Below, one piece after another: positions 63,114 to 64,000 of a stretch of DNA of 64,000 bases. A program made the translations under genes and the position numbers. The notes beneath the pieces were generated by a model, which was not told the origin of the DNA, made no database searches, and saw only the letters and a program-made list of their open reading frames with translations. Source of the DNA: Gammaproteobacteria bacterium (GTDB taxonomy: Bacteria > Pseudomonadota > Gammaproteobacteria > Pseudomonadales > Pseudohongiellaceae); assembly GCA_028818225.1 (NCBI GenBank), contig JAPPOG010000003.1:24572-88571 (forward strand). The letters are read 5' to 3'. Numbering within the stretch: position 1 is the stretch's first letter; each line of letters begins with the position of its first letter.

Positions 63114-64000
63114 TAGCGCCAGACCGGATCGAACCCGGCTGCCTCCAGGCGTTGGGCTCGAATCTGCATCCAGGAAGTCTGAAACTGATCAGCATCACGG
63201 ATGTTTTGCGCCGTCGCTTCTGACCATGCAGCGGCCAGTACTTCCTGACGACGAATTAATTCCTCATTGTGTGCATCGATTTCGTCAGTCCATACACCAA
63301 GTTCGCGCCAGTAGTTGACAGCTCCCTCATGGTAAGGCACGACCCATTCGAATACCTGACGATCAAGAGCCCAACCGATGGCACCCGGGTCTGAATCTTT
63401 GTAGTCATCGTAATTTTCGTTTATGGCCTTGGTCAGTGCATAAACCAGATCAGTATCCTGCGAGTCCAGTGTGGTTAATAGTGGATAAGGGTAGGTCCCC
63501 GCCTCATGAGGATTGTCCTCATTGATCGCGGCACCTCGTGTTGCATTATGTTTAGTGAAGTAAGGGGTAATAGAAAGCATCCTGTTCCAACACTCTTCAT
63601 CGTCATGGGGAACTGGTAACCAGGTAATCCCTCTTGGTGAAGCTTCGAGCCGATAGGGTGGCCCCGAAACCGTAGCGCCAAATGCTACATCCACGTCACC
63701 ATTTATCAGTCCGTTCCAGTTAGCTTCATATCCAGGAAAATCAACTCGCACGACATCGTCCCACCCCAGTCCGGCGCAGGCCATATGTGCTTCAACAGCA
63801 ACATTCAGTGCAGGAGCTGCCCTGACAAAGGGCACCCGCAAACCACGCAAATCAGCAATGGTGGTTGCGCCAGTGTCAGTCGCCACGGCAACCGCCTGAT
63901 TGCTCAACCCATTAGAAACCATTAACAGCCGTAATGGTTGCGGCCCCCATTCAGAGACTGCGAACTGGAAAGCACCCTCCTGGGCGAAGTATGTGGCAAC
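63113..64000 (-). CDS. TAXI-family TRAP solute-binding protein (5' end lies beyond the right window edge)
   Basis: The frame stays open from 63922 up to base 64000 (VATYFAQEGAFQFAVSEWGPQPLRLLMVSN...), so the track's ATG is internal. 'LRGLRVPFVRAAPALNV...DFPGYEANWNGLINGDVDVAFG' fits the TAXI layout from memory. Confidence 0.7.
   Translation of the reverse strand, partial: VATYFAQEGAFQFAVSEWGPQPLRLLMVSNGLSNQAVAVATDTGATTIADLRGLRVPFVRAAPALNVAVEAHMACAGLGWDDVVRVDFPGYEANWNGLINGDVDVAFGATVSGPPYRLEASPRGITWLPVPHDDEECWNRMLSITPYFTKHNATRGAAINEDNPHEAGTYPYPLLTTLDSQDTDLVYALTKAINENYDDYKDSDPGAIGWALDRQVFEWVVPYHEGAVNYWRELGVWTDEIDAHNEELIRRQEVLAAAWSEATAQNIRDADQFQTSWMQIRAQRLEAAGFDPVWR

Noticed and set aside
1-64000. 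Search for CRISPR arrays, tRNA/rRNA genes, transposases, integrases, phage or defence-system genes
   Set aside because: I saw no spaced direct-repeat arrays and no tRNA-like T-arm/acceptor patterns in the intergenic regions. No ORF translation has DDE/tyrosine-recombinase, nuclease-helicase or toxin-antitoxin hallmarks. Absence is judged by eye only.

Overview
This is a compact 64-kb chromosomal segment with about 55 protein-coding genes on both strands. I recognise no rRNA, tRNA, CRISPR array, transposase, integrase or phage gene, so it reads as metabolic chromosome rather than a mobile island. The gene content is a 1115-aa TonB-dependent receptor, a TAXI-type TRAP transporter, an NSS symporter, a Dpp/Opp-type ABC importer, AGGAG-type ribosome-binding sites and many Sec/TAT signal peptides. 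That fits a Gram-negative, probably marine gammaproteobacterial heterotroph, but this is inference only. The main theme is exported versions of enzyme families that are usually cytoplasmic: a lipoprotein RidA, a TAT HD-domain protein, a TAT-like class-V PLP enzyme, a TAT flavoprotein, secreted VOC modules, a secreted MBL hydrolase and several secreted alpha/beta hydrolases. These sit alongside oxygenase-rich catabolic clusters. Two candidates for undescribed biology stand out. (1) A family of three secreted paralogues (5495-6472, 31735-33486, 33562-34392) shares a conserved domain I cannot name. One copy is fused behind two VOC metalloenzyme modules and lies in an operon with a small secreted protein whose predicted mature N-terminus is His-His. 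(2) A three-part secreted protein (18330-20045) joins a degenerate thioredoxin-like domain, a CxxCH heme-c motif and a domain carrying the full HH / H / HxH / M copper-ligand pattern of peptidylglycine/dopamine-beta monooxygenases. Lesser items are a carboxyltransferase plus stand-alone biotin carrier with no biotin carboxylase, an orphan nitrile-hydratase-accessory-like gene, a terminator-like hairpin in the leader of a molybdoenzyme operon next to a perfect 11-bp inverted repeat, and a TetR-linked oxygenase/ABC locus with no obvious substrate. All functional calls come from motif recognition by eye on the supplied translations. No database search, HMM or structure prediction was run. DUF numbers are from memory.
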